From assembly GCA_963729715.1 (NCBI GenBank), contig CAVSPA010000005.1, positions 224,001 to 288,000 of the forward strand: DNA of 64,000 nucleotides. Reading direction: 5' to 3'. The notes beneath the pieces were generated by a model. It saw nothing but the letters and a program-made list of their open reading frames with translations, made no database searches and was not told the DNA's origin. The translations under genes were made by a program, and so were the position numbers. The DNA is from an uncultured delta proteobacterium (lineage in GTDB: Bacteria > Desulfobacterota > Syntrophia > Syntrophales > UBA2185). Shown piece by piece: positions 1 to 9,123 of this stretch (position 1 is the first letter of the stretch; each line of letters starts with the position of its first letter).

Positions 1-136
1 AAATCCTGGCACTATGCATTTTGCGAGGATTGCAAGATGGGCCCTCCTGTCACTATGACCCTCTTCCGGATCCCAAGGAAACTTTGTGGAAAGGAAGAGA
101 CGTCCTTTCAGCGGCTATATCACTCCCCTCATAAAA

Positions 137-718
137 CTATTTTGGTTGTGCCAACAGTTGCGTTACGACGAAATGATCTCTCCTGTTTTTTGCCCAGGCT
201 TCTTCGTTATGTCGAGAATCTAAGGGCTTATCCTTGCCATAGCTGATTGTTTTTATCCTTCTCTTCTCAATACCCAGCTCGACGAGATATTTCATGGCCT
301 CATCAGCTCGTCTCTGCCCCAAAGCCAGGTTGTATTCTTCCGTTCCTCTTTCATCACAGTTACCCTCGATACGGACATTGTAGGCGACATTATTGGCAAG
401 CCAGGCTGCCTTCTTTTTTAGCAATTTCCGAGCTTCGGGCTTCAGATTGTAATTATCAAAATCAAAATGAATGTCTTTAGATATACTCGACGCCTGCGCC
501 GTCATTTCCCCTCCCGTCATTGTGGCTGGTGCTTCTTTTGCGGCAGGACTTTTAGTTGCCTCACTTGCCTTTGCTTCTTGTGCACCAGGCTGTTTTTCAG
601 CTGCCACATTTTGCTTCGCCACAGATTCCTCCTTCACTATCTCCTTATTGGCACATCCAACGAAAGCGATGAAAAAAAGCGGCAAACTGAACATTAAGAT
701 GATCAACGATTTTTTCAT
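137..718 (-). CDS. pal: Peptidoglycan-associated lipoprotein (Pal/OmpA-C domain)
   Basis: Lipobox FVGC after a hydrophobic signal peptide; IHFDFD, IEGNCDERGTEEYNLALGQRRA and AWAKNRR motifs. ATG at 718 follows an AAGGAG RBS; the ORF-track start at 793 is probably too long. Confidence 0.9.
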   Translation of the reverse strand: MKKSLIILMFSLPLFFIAFVGCANKEIVKEESVAKQNVAAEKQPGAQEAKASEATKSPAAKEAPATMTGGEMTAQASSISKDIHFDFDNYNLKPEARKLLKKKAAWLANNVAYNVRIEGNCDERGTEEYNLALGQRRADEAMKYLVELGIEKRRIKTISYGKDKPLDSRHNEEAWAKNRRDHFVVTQLLAQPK

Positions 719-751
719 AAGCAACACTCCTTTCGTACTTTTTTGATTTCT

Positions 752-810
752 TATAGTACACAAAAATACATTTGTCAATTGATTTATGCACAAATAATTT
801 GTATATCAAT
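752..810. promoter_or_regulatory. Putative MarR operator boxes in the divergent pal/marR intergenic region
   Basis: Near-palindrome ATTTATGCACAAAT (782-795), with weaker copies ATTTGTATATCAAT (797-810) and TATAGTACACAAAA (752-765). Confidence 0.45.
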
Positions 811-857
811 TAAAAATATGATAACTATATTCTCGGAAACCAACAAAAGGAGTGAAA

Positions 858-1382
858 ATGACAAATAAATCCCTGAAAGTATCAATAATCATTGACAACA
901 TTCGTAGAGTATTCAAGGCAGTTAATGAACAATCGAAGAAAGCTGAGCATGAAACCGGTATAACAGGACCTCAACTTTGGGCTATCAAAATTATCGGTGA
1001 CTTATCTCCTGTCCGGGTGTCTGACCTTGCGAGACATATGTACCTTCATCCGGCTACGGTAGTCGGAATACTCGACCGCCTTGAATCAGGGAAACTTGTA
1101 AAAAGAGTACGTTCAAAAGACGACAAACGGGTCGTAAGAGTAAGACTAACGGATGACGGCAAGAAGCTTATTGCCAAGGCTCCGCAGGTAGCTCAGGGGT
1201 TGCTCGTTGCCGGACTCGAAGTATTGCCCGCTAAAAGACTCCAGGAACTGGATTCCGCTCTCGAAGAGCTTGTGCACATCTTAGGAGCGCAGCAGCTACC
1301 CCCGCAATTGATCCTCTCGCCGGAGGTGAATGTACCGCGGCTGAAGGCAACAGATAATAAGAAGGGATATGACCGAACATGA
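858..1382 (+). CDS. MarR family transcriptional regulator
   Basis: GITGPQLWAI...VSDLARHMYLHPATVVGILDRLE...DDKRVVRVRLTDDG winged-HTH pattern; AAGGAG RBS before ATG 858. Confidence 0.9.
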   Translation: MTNKSLKVSIIIDNIRRVFKAVNEQSKKAEHETGITGPQLWAIKIIGDLSPVRVSDLARHMYLHPATVVGILDRLESGKLVKRVRSKDDKRVVRVRLTDDGKKLIAKAPQVAQGLLVAGLEVLPAKRLQELDSALEELVHILGAQQLPPQLILSPEVNVPRLKATDNKKGYDRT

Positions 1383-1483
1383 TGAATAAAATGATTCTTG
1401 GGGTATTAATTTCGATCAGCATACTGATGTTATTTTCTGAGGCATATCTCGACATTCGTAGTTTGTTCCATTTGTTTTCTTAA
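1379..1483 (+). CDS. Putative 34-aa single-TM small protein (MMNKMILGVLISISILMLFSEAYLDIRSLFHLFS)
   Basis: ATGA overlap with the marR stop, purine-rich RBS upstream, one hydrophobic segment; too short for the ORF track. Confidence 0.4.
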   Translation: MMNKMILGVLISISILMLFSEAYLDIRSLFHLFS

Positions 1484-1669
1484 TAAAAATGGAACTAATT
1501 TGTCGTGATCTGGACAATATAGCCAAAATATTTGACAACGCCAAATCTCTGCTCGCATAGAGTTTTTCTCCCGGCCACAACCCTTATTTTGCGTGATTTC
1601 ATAGCAGTGATCAGGTACTTACCCCTCTTTCAAAATAATTATCAAACAAGACCATATCTCAGTACATGC

Positions 1670-1720
1670 TGACATTCTGTCAATTTTTTCCTTGACACAA
1701 AACCCTCTTTCTGATAGTCG
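1670..1720 (+). promoter_or_regulatory. Putative sigma70 promoter of the hydrogenase operon with an upstream palindrome
   Basis: TTGACA at 1692-1697 and a weak -10 region around 1713-1720; palindrome TGACA-TTC-TGTCA at 1670-1682. Confidence 0.35.
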
Positions 1721-1896
1721 AGCGTCACATATGTTCAAACGGACATATTCTTCAATCAGGCATAGTCCCCTTTATCTGATGGCCGCACTGTAATTTCAAG
1801 CACTTCATATGACGAGGGACCGTATCAGCTACGTTACTGATATATGCCAAAATCAAAATAAAAAAGGATTTCTTTGGAAAGGAGGCGTGGCAAACG

Positions 1897-3678
1897 ATGA
1901 CGATGGTCAATATTAACATAAATGGCCAGAAAGTCAGTGCACCAGCCGGCAGTACCATTCTTAAGGCCGCAAAGCAGGCAGGCATTGACATCCCTACGCT
2001 CTGTGACCATCCTGCTTTGATTCCAGTCGGTGCTTGCCGAATATGCGTTGTGGAGGTTAAAGGACAGCGCACCCTGATCACGGCATGTACTTTCCCTATC
2101 TCTGAGGGAATGGAAATACAAACAGAATCACCAGAGGTAATTAAAGCGCGAAAATTAGTCCTTGATCTGCTATTTTCAGAAAGAAACCATGTCTGTCCGA
2201 TCTGTGAGACATCCGGAAACTGCGAATTACAGGACATGGGGTACCGCTATGGTCTCAATCACTGGACTTACCCAGCATTCACAAAGCCCTTCCCCATAGA
2301 TGCCACACACAAGTTCCTGTTCATGGAACATAACCGCTGTATCTTGTGTGGAAGGTGTGAGCGCGGATGCAGTGACGTCGTGGCCAACCACACTCTCGGC
2401 TTGCGAAATCGCGGCAATCAATCCATGATCCACTGCGACGCAAATATGCCCTGGGGTGAGTCTACATGTATCTCTTGCGGCACTTGCCTGCAGTTATGTC
2501 CAACTGGCGCCATATCCGATAAGCGAAGCGCCTTCATGGGCCGTGACATTCAGACGGAACATACAAAAAGTACTTGCAGCCAGTGCAGTATCGGATGCGG
2601 TATGGAAATAGTCACCCGCGGCGGCAACGTCCTTAAAATCAAGAGCGACTGGGACGCGGAAGTCAACGGTGGGCGGCTTTGCGAATACGGCCGCTTCGAT
2701 CCTTTGTACGATGTACGTAAGCGGATAACCAGCCCCATGCTCCGGCTGAGGGGCAAGCTCGAGCCCGTGAGCTGGGATGAAGCCCTGCAAGCTGTTACTG
2801 AGCGCGTCGGCAAGGCGAGTGCTAAGGATTTAGGGGTGCTTGCTTCGACATACTCTACGAATGAAGCGCTTTATCTGCTTGCCAAGTTATTCCGCCAAGA
2901 ACTGAAAGCAACGAATGTTGGCGTACTGAACGACGTTGCACCGAAGCTGTCCGAAAAGCAAGGCTCGCTTGCTGACATCATTGTAAGCGATGTCATTCTG
3001 GTGGTCGGTTGTGATCCGCTCAAGGATCAGCCGGTTTCCTCTTTCTTTGTCAAGCGCTCCGTTGACAAGGGTGCACGGCTCATTGTGGTGGACAGTAAGG
3101 ACAATGGACTGGCGCCATTCTCCTATATGAATCTCGGGATGGCCGAGATAAGCAAGGCTATCGAAATAGCGGAGCGTGCCGCACATACGGTCGTGCTGTA
3201 TGGCGCAGGTGTCACGGACAAGGCTGCCGCAGCTCTGAAGAAACTCCAGGGGAAGGCTTCCTTCGTGGCAATAGAAAATGGCGTCAATACGCGGGCGGCA
3301 GCGGCCTTGGGTCTGAATAATGGGTTTAAGCCGTCCGGCGTCAAAGTGCTCTTCGCATTGGTCGGTGAGCAAAAGATGGGCGGGGAAGACATCACCAAAA
3401 ATGTTGATAAGAAGGCGTTTGTCATAGCGCAGGCCAGTTTCGTATCTCCTCTCACAGAACGGGCCGATGTCGTTCTGCCTATGGCCGTATGGTCAGAAAG
3501 GTCTGGAAGCCTGACGAATACCGAAGGGCGCGTGCTGAAAGTCAACAAAGCAACAGAACCTAAGGGAGAAGCCAAACCTGACTGGGAGGTTCTCTCTTTA
3601 CTGGCAAACAAACTGGGAAAGAAGCTTGGCACTTCGTTGAATGAGATTTCAGCTCGGGCAACCCAGGAACTCAAGTGA
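1897..3678 (+). CDS. Multi-FeS hydrogenase-associated subunit (HoxU-like N-terminus plus degenerate molybdopterin-oxidoreductase domain; NuoG/HydA-like)
   Basis: 2Fe-2S motif (C..GACRIC..TAC), NHVCPICETSGNC, CILCGRCERGC, CISCGTCLQLCP, then CSQCSIGC..LCEYGRF and ADVVLP..SGSLTNTEGR. No FDH catalytic Cys/Sec-His segment. Strong GGAGG RBS. Confidence 0.85.
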   Translation: MTMVNININGQKVSAPAGSTILKAAKQAGIDIPTLCDHPALIPVGACRICVVEVKGQRTLITACTFPISEGMEIQTESPEVIKARKLVLDLLFSERNHVCPICETSGNCELQDMGYRYGLNHWTYPAFTKPFPIDATHKFLFMEHNRCILCGRCERGCSDVVANHTLGLRNRGNQSMIHCDANMPWGESTCISCGTCLQLCPTGAISDKRSAFMGRDIQTEHTKSTCSQCSIGCGMEIVTRGGNVLKIKSDWDAEVNGGRLCEYGRFDPLYDVRKRITSPMLRLRGKLEPVSWDEALQAVTERVGKASAKDLGVLASTYSTNEALYLLAKLFRQELKATNVGVLNDVAPKLSEKQGSLADIIVSDVILVVGCDPLKDQPVSSFFVKRSVDKGARLIVVDSKDNGLAPFSYMNLGMAEISKAIEIAERAAHTVVLYGAGVTDKAAAALKKLQGKASFVAIENGVNTRAAAALGLNNGFKPSGVKVLFALVGEQKMGGEDITKNVDKKAFVIAQASFVSPLTERADVVLPMAVWSERSGSLTNTEGRVLKVNKATEPKGEAKPDWEVLSLLANKLGKKLGTSLNEISARATQELK

Positions 3679-3692
3679 AAGGAGAATCGACG

Positions 3693-4238
3693 ATGGCAAA
3701 AGTTAAGATTGCCACTGACTGGCTGGCTGGCTGTGCAGGATGTCACATGTCGATATTGGACATTGATGAGCGCATTGTGAAGCTGTTGGAAGCGGTGGAA
3801 ATTACATCCAGTCCCGTAACGGACTTGAAACATCCGCCGAAGGAAGGTGTGACTGTTGGTATACTTGAAGGAGCAATCTGCAATACACATAATGTGGAAG
3901 TGGCGAAGGTTATGCGCGAACGCTGCCAGATTCTGATAGCCCTTGGGGATTGTGCTACTTTTGGAAATGTCCCGGCTATGCGCAATTTGTGCGGCACAGC
4001 TGAGGCATTGAAGCGCGCGTATTTGGACACGGAAAGCGTCGTGGACGGACTCATTCCTGACTCACCGGAGCTTGGAAAGCCGCTTGAAATGGTTACAGGC
4101 GTTGATAAGGTGGTGAAGGTCGATCTCTTTATACCTGGCTGCCCTCCGAGCGCTGATGCTATCTTTCATGCATTATCGGAACTGCTCGCAGGACACGTGC
4201 CAGTAAGTTTCCCACCCCCATTATTCAAATATGATTAG
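3693..4238 (+). CDS. hoxY: [NiFe] hydrogenase small subunit, group 3d (HoxY/HydS-like)
   Basis: WLAGCAGCHMS, ALGDCA and IPGCPP motifs; short single-cluster form; AAGGAG RBS before ATG 3693. Confidence 0.88.
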   Translation: MAKVKIATDWLAGCAGCHMSILDIDERIVKLLEAVEITSSPVTDLKHPPKEGVTVGILEGAICNTHNVEVAKVMRERCQILIALGDCATFGNVPAMRNLCGTAEALKRAYLDTESVVDGLIPDSPELGKPLEMVTGVDKVVKVDLFIPGCPPSADAIFHALSELLAGHVPVSFPPPLFKYD

Positions 4239-4250
4239 AGGAGAGTAGCT

Positions 4251-5681
4251 ATGGGTGCTAGAAAAATAACTATTGAACCTATAACACGTATCGAGGGTCA
4301 TGGGCGGGTCACTATTCACCTGAATGAAAAGGGCGAGGTGGACCAGACTTTCTTCCACGTTGATGAATTCCGCGGTTTGGAGAAATTCACCGAAGGCCGC
4401 CCATACTTTGAGATGCCGGCGATTACCCAGCGCATTTGCGGTATCTGCCCGGTAAGCCACCACTTGGCCGCAGCCAAGGCCTGCGACGGTGTTGCCCGTG
4501 TGGAATTGCCGCGGCCCGCCAAACTGCTGCGCGAGTTGATGCATATGGGCCAATATATACAATCGCACGGCATGCACTTTTTCCATCTGGCGGCGCCTGA
4601 TTTAGTTTTAGGTTTTGACGCTGATCCGGCCATAAGGAATGTTGTCGGGATTATCCAAGCAGATCCGGAACTGGCGCTGAAGGCAGTGAACCTACGACGT
4701 TACGGACAGCAGGTCATCGAGAGATTGGGTGGGAAACGTATCCATCCAACTTTCGCCGTCCCCGGCGGCGTTAATGCGCCGCTGTCCCCAAAAGATCGTG
4801 ATGCGATGCTTGCTGAATTTGACACGATGGTAGGAATCGCCAAGGTGGCCGTCAGCATCGGCAAGGGCTGGATTGGGGCCAACAAGCCGCTGGTTGACGC
4901 CTTCGCGTCTTTCCCTTCCAACTACATGGGTCTCGTGGATATGGAAGGTGGCCTGCAACTTTACGACGGTGAAATCCGGGTAAAGGATGCGGAGGGCAAC
5001 TTTGTGGCGCAGTTCGAACCGGCTAATTACCTGTCACACGTGGGAGAGCATGTGGAGCCCTGGTCATTCCTCAAGTTCCCCTTCTACCGCAAGTTAGGCT
5101 GGCCGGATGGAACCTATCGGGTGGGACCGCTGGGTAGATTGAATGTTGTGGATAAAATAGGAACGCCTCTTGCCAACGAAGAGCTTAAACTCTTCAAGCA
5201 GATAAACGGCGGCAGGCCTGTTGAAGGCTCTCTCTATTACCACTATGCGAGGTTGATCGAACTTGTCTACGCTCTGGAGCGTCTGGCTCAGTTGCTCGAT
5301 GATCCGGATATCATGTCCAACGATATCCGTACCTATCCCTCCACAGCCCAGATTCCCGGCCAGGGGGTTGGTGTCATCGAAGCCCCGCGGGGGACCCTCT
5401 TCCATGATTACAGTACGGATGAGAACGGCAAATTGACCCGGGTGAATCTTATTGTAGCAACCGGCAACAATAACTGGGCCATGCACACAGCATCGGGGCT
5501 CGTTGCGAGGGCTTTCGTAGATGGCAATAAGCTCACAGAAGGGATGTTGAACAGGGTGGAAGCGGCTATACGCTGCTACGATCCCTGCCTGTCCTGTGCG
5601 ACACATGCATTTGGGAAGATGCCGCTGGAAGTCACGCTTATAGCCGCGGACGGCACAGTCCTGGATCGCATGTCCCGGTAA
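4251..5681 (+). CDS. hoxH: [NiFe] hydrogenase large subunit, group 3 (HoxH/HydL-like)
   Basis: TRIEGHG; L1 motif RICGICPVSH; EAPRGTLFH; L2 motif DPCLSCATH followed by a cleavable C-terminal extension. Confidence 0.92.
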   Translation: MGARKITIEPITRIEGHGRVTIHLNEKGEVDQTFFHVDEFRGLEKFTEGRPYFEMPAITQRICGICPVSHHLAAAKACDGVARVELPRPAKLLRELMHMGQYIQSHGMHFFHLAAPDLVLGFDADPAIRNVVGIIQADPELALKAVNLRRYGQQVIERLGGKRIHPTFAVPGGVNAPLSPKDRDAMLAEFDTMVGIAKVAVSIGKGWIGANKPLVDAFASFPSNYMGLVDMEGGLQLYDGEIRVKDAEGNFVAQFEPANYLSHVGEHVEPWSFLKFPFYRKLGWPDGTYRVGPLGRLNVVDKIGTPLANEELKLFKQINGGRPVEGSLYYHYARLIELVYALERLAQLLDDPDIMSNDIRTYPSTAQIPGQGVGVIEAPRGTLFHDYSTDENGKLTRVNLIVATGNNNWAMHTASGLVARAFVDGNKLTEGMLNRVEAAIRCYDPCLSCATHAFGKMPLEVTLIAADGTVLDRMSR

Positions 5682-5712
5682 TATAGAAATCTGATCTCGA
5701 CGAGTCTAACGC

Positions 5713-5753
5713 AAGCGGGTAAACGCAGGTAGTTTACCCGCTTTAACTTTTTT
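5713..5753 (+). terminator. Intrinsic terminator between hoxH and the maturation protease gene
   Basis: 12-bp perfect stem AAGCGGGTAAAC/GTTTACCCGCTT, 7-nt loop, T-rich tail. Confidence 0.7.
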
Positions 5754-5770
5754 GGCGTGCTGGGGACCTG

Positions 5771-6274
5771 ATGCCTCGTACTCTGGTTATTGGTATTGGC
5801 AATATAGACCGCGCCGATGATGGCATTGCATATTATGTGGTAAATGCCCTGCGGCGGCGCCTGGGCCAGGGGATGCTACATGAAGACGAGACCGGGTTGG
5901 AGGACCTGGGAGCACAGATCGATTCCGTATTTCTGGTGCAACTCGCACCGGAGTTGATGGATGTAATAATCCCTTACGATGAGATCATATTTGTAGATGC
6001 ACACGTTTATGAGAACGTAGATAGTCTCTATTGCGCCCCTGTATTTCCGGAGTTTGCTTCCGCTACATTCACGCATCATCTGACACCTGCGATGCTTCTC
6101 GCACTGCTCAAGTCACTCTACCATCGAGAACCTGCGGGGCATATTGTTTCTATCCGCGGCTATGATTTTGATTTCCATCGCAGCCTCTCTGCCGATACCG
6201 AGACGCTCGTGGAGAAGGCAGTGGATCGTATCCTGCAATCGCATGGGCCCATCCATGATGAATCCTGCGCTTAA
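5771..6274 (+). CDS. Hydrogenase maturation protease (HoxW/HycI family)
   Basis: LVIGIGNIDRADDGIA, IIFVDA and FTHHL motifs; directly downstream of the large subunit. Confidence 0.88.
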   Translation: MPRTLVIGIGNIDRADDGIAYYVVNALRRRLGQGMLHEDETGLEDLGAQIDSVFLVQLAPELMDVIIPYDEIIFVDAHVYENVDSLYCAPVFPEFASATFTHHLTPAMLLALLKSLYHREPAGHIVSIRGYDFDFHRSLSADTETLVEKAVDRILQSHGPIHDESCA

Positions 6275-6474
6275 TTTAATTTATAATTACGCTACACGGA
6301 CATATTCTCCAAAATTTTAAACGCCTGCAAAGCGCCTGCCCTTCCGGAACCCAACTTTGATGGATTTTTTAGAATTAATATGTTAACTTAAAAAATAGGT
6401 TTGCCGGAAATCTCTCGTAGAGAAAGCTCATGCGGAAATTCATCCATAAGCAAATCTTTTCAGGACTGCATTTA

Positions 6475-7341
6475 ATGAATATGAGAAGATTCGCTACGTG
6501 CCTGTGTCTCTTTGTTGTCGCATTTTCTTTCTTTTTTGACGGACAACTATCTGCTGCACCCCGTATCAAACTGAAAGCCCAGTCTGCTATTCTGATTAAC
6601 GACAGCAGCGGCAAGGTCCTCTATACAAAAAATCCGGACAGGCCCATGCAACCCGCTTCGCTGACCAAAATCCTTTCCCTGTACCTTGTACATGAGGCAA
6701 TCGCTCAGGGGAAAATTCATCCTGCAGACAGGGTGAAAATAAGTGTAAATGCCCAGATTACAGGTGGATCGAGTATGTACCTTGTCGATGAAACTGAGGT
6801 TGTGCTTGACGACCTCATAAAAGGTATGGCTGTTGTCTCTGCAAATGATGCCAGCATTGCCGTGGCTGAACATCTTGGCGGCAACATAGACATCTTTGTG
6901 AGGATGATGAATGCCAAGGCAAAGGCCCTCAATATGAAACGCAGTCATTTCGTGAATCCTAATGGGCTTCCGGCCAGCGGGCAGGTCACTACTGCCCGGG
7001 ACATTCTCAAACTCTCGCGCGCTTATATAAGAGATTTCCCGGAGGCTTTACAAATCCATTCCATGCAGGAATATACATTCGCCAACATTACCCAGCGCAA
7101 CAGCAACACTCTGCTTGGGCAGTGTGAGGATGTGGACGGATTGAAAACAGGCTTTGTCCGGGCTGCCGGATTTCACCTCGTTGCCACAGCTAAGAGGGGA
7201 GAAACAAGACTCATTGCTGTGGTGATGGGCGAGAAAAATCCCAGAATCAGAACGCTGGATACGACAAGACTCTTGGAACAGGGTTTCCGCATGATTGCCA
7301 GGAAAGGAAAGGCTTCCGCATCGACAAGAAGTCGCTCGTAG
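6475..7341 (+). CDS. D-alanyl-D-alanine carboxypeptidase (peptidase S11), catalytic domain only
   Basis: PASLTK (SxxK), SAND (SxN) and GLKTG motifs; signal peptide; start uncertain (6430, 6475 or 6481). Confidence 0.9.
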   Translation: MNMRRFATCLCLFVVAFSFFFDGQLSAAPRIKLKAQSAILINDSSGKVLYTKNPDRPMQPASLTKILSLYLVHEAIAQGKIHPADRVKISVNAQITGGSSMYLVDETEVVLDDLIKGMAVVSANDASIAVAEHLGGNIDIFVRMMNAKAKALNMKRSHFVNPNGLPASGQVTTARDILKLSRAYIRDFPEALQIHSMQEYTFANITQRNSNTLLGQCEDVDGLKTGFVRAAGFHLVATAKRGETRLIAVVMGEKNPRIRTLDTTRLLEQGFRMIARKGKASASTRSRS

Positions 7342-7530
7342 CGTCGTCAGCTCTCAATCAGCAAGTCTATTTTAGGGAAGACGCCTGCAGTCGAGCTTCA
7401 ATCGGTCCATTGATTTAATTTGACGAACTCCATTCAATAAGGTTAGATTCACTGAATCAATCCACTATGGAAATTTCGTGACTTGAGAAATCATCACCAG
7501 GTATTTTCTAAATGTTAAGGAGGTGAAAAT

Positions 7531-8094
7531 ATGAAAAAAAAGGAGACCGACTACTTCTCTGCCTTGTACGAGGTGGCCAGGGTTATCAATGCTTCTTTGG
7601 ACCCGTCCACTGTTCTTGATAAGATTGTCCAGTGCGTAACACGCGCCATGAACGTCAAGGCGTGCAGCATCAGACTCTTGGATTCAAGGAAGAAACAGCT
7701 TGTTCTTGGCGCTGCGCACGGGCTCTCCAAAGATTACCTTCATAAAGGGCCTATCCTGATAAAGGAAAGCGGACTGGATCAGAAGGTACTTGCAAATGAG
7801 ACCGTGTGGTTGAAGAATGTTCAGACTGACAAGGATTTCCAGTACGGAGCGAAGGCAAAAGCCGAAGGCATTAAGTCGGTATTTGCAGTTCCACTGTCGC
7901 TCCGAAAAAATGCCATCGGCGTCCTTCGGGTATACTCGCAAAGCGTCCATAAATTTGATGACCAAGAAGTTAAGTATTTGGAGGCAGTTGCCAATCTAAG
8001 CGCTATCGCCCTGGACAATGCGAGACATCACAAAACATTGCAATTACAATGTGATTTGATGGCTGCACACAAATATCGCATTGACGACAATTGA
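7531..8094 (+). CDS. Stand-alone GAF domain protein
   Basis: INASLD..VLDKIV..ACSIRLLD..GIKSVFAVPL..IGVLRVY..LEAVANLSAIALDNA; AAGGAGG RBS. Confidence 0.85.
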   Translation: MKKKETDYFSALYEVARVINASLDPSTVLDKIVQCVTRAMNVKACSIRLLDSRKKQLVLGAAHGLSKDYLHKGPILIKESGLDQKVLANETVWLKNVQTDKDFQYGAKAKAEGIKSVFAVPLSLRKNAIGVLRVYSQSVHKFDDQEVKYLEAVANLSAIALDNARHHKTLQLQCDLMAAHKYRIDDN

Positions 8095-8106
8095 AAGGAG
8101 AACCCC

Positions 8107-9117
8107 ATGATTCGCCTTGGCATAAATGGTTTTGGACGAATAGGCCGGCAGGTGCTGAAAGCCGTGATGGAAAGGCATCCCCGGGCCCTCTCCGTTGTTG
8201 CTATCAACGATCTGTTTGACGTGGAAACCAACGCCCATCTCTTCAAATATGATACAAATTACGGACGGTATCCGGGAGAGGTCAAGACTAAGAAGGATAG
8301 CTTTATTATTGATGGTCGTCTGATCAGGAGCTTAGCATTTCGCGACCCATCCGCCATTCCGTGGGATGATCTGGACATCGATATAGTTATCGAGAGCACA
8401 GGTCTGTTTCTGACCGGTCCCAAAGCAGCGGCCCACATCGACGCGGGGGCAAAGAAGGTCATCATCACTGCCCCCGCAAAGGAAGAAGACATTACAGTGG
8501 TCATGGGCGTCAACCATAAAGACTACAGACCCCGCAAGCATCATATAATATCCAATGCGTCATGCACGACCAATTGCCTAGCCCCGCCCGTTTTTGCTGT
8601 CCATGAAACCTTCGGTATCAAGAAAGGTATGATGACGACCATTCACTCATATACAAATGACCAGCGTATTCTCGATCTTGCTCACAGAGATCTGCGGCGG
8701 GCCCGTGCGGCAGGGCAAAATATCATACCGACCACGACTGGCGCCGCAAGAGCGCTGTCACTTGTGATTCCCGACCTCGCCGGTCTCTTCGACGGATACT
8801 CACTTCGCGTACCCACGCCAACTGTGTCGGTCGTCGATTTCGTTGCGGAACTCCGGAGCAAGACGACGACGGAAGAGCTAAGGACAGTCCTCGAAACCTC
8901 TTGCAGGAAACAGTTCAAGGGTATCATGACATGCGAGAAATCAGGTTTAGTCTCCACGGACTTCAAGGGAAACTCCCACTCCTCTATAATAGATATGGAG
9001 TTCACACAGGTTCTTCAGGGCAACATGGCCAAAGTCGTTGCGTGGTACGACAATGAATGGGGTTATTCCTGCCGAGTGGCAGACCTGGCCAATTACATCG
9101 CGCAAAAAGGGCTGTGA
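8107..9117 (+). CDS. gap: Type I glyceraldehyde-3-phosphate dehydrogenase
   Basis: [22 protein letters not shown] and WYDNEWGYS motifs. Confidence 0.96.
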   Translation: MIRLGINGFGRIGRQVLKAVMERHPRALSVVAINDLFDVETNAHLFKYDTNYGRYPGEVKTKKDSFIIDGRLIRSLAFRDPSAIPWDDLDIDIVIESTGLFLTGPKAAAHIDAGAKKVIITAPAKEEDITVVMGVNHKDYRPRKHHIISNASCTTNCLAPPVFAVHETFGIKKGMMTTIHSYTNDQRILDLAHRDLRRARAAGQNIIPTTTGAARALSLVIPDLAGLFDGYSLRVPTPTVSVVDFVAELRSKTTTEELRTVLETSCRKQFKGIMTCEKSGLVSTDFKGNSHSSIIDMEFTQVLQGNMAKVVAWYDNEWGYSCRVADLANYIAQKGL

Positions 9118-9123
9118 GCAAAG

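Noticed and set aside
1897..3678. Formate dehydrogenase alpha subunit
   Set aside because: Too short, and it lacks the Cys/Sec-His catalytic segment and the C-terminal molybdopterin-binding domain.
4251..5681. [NiFeSe] hydrogenase or Sec recoding, given that selA is in the window
   Set aside because: The L2 motif is DPCLSC with Cys codons, and I noticed no in-frame TGA at a catalytic position in any gene here.
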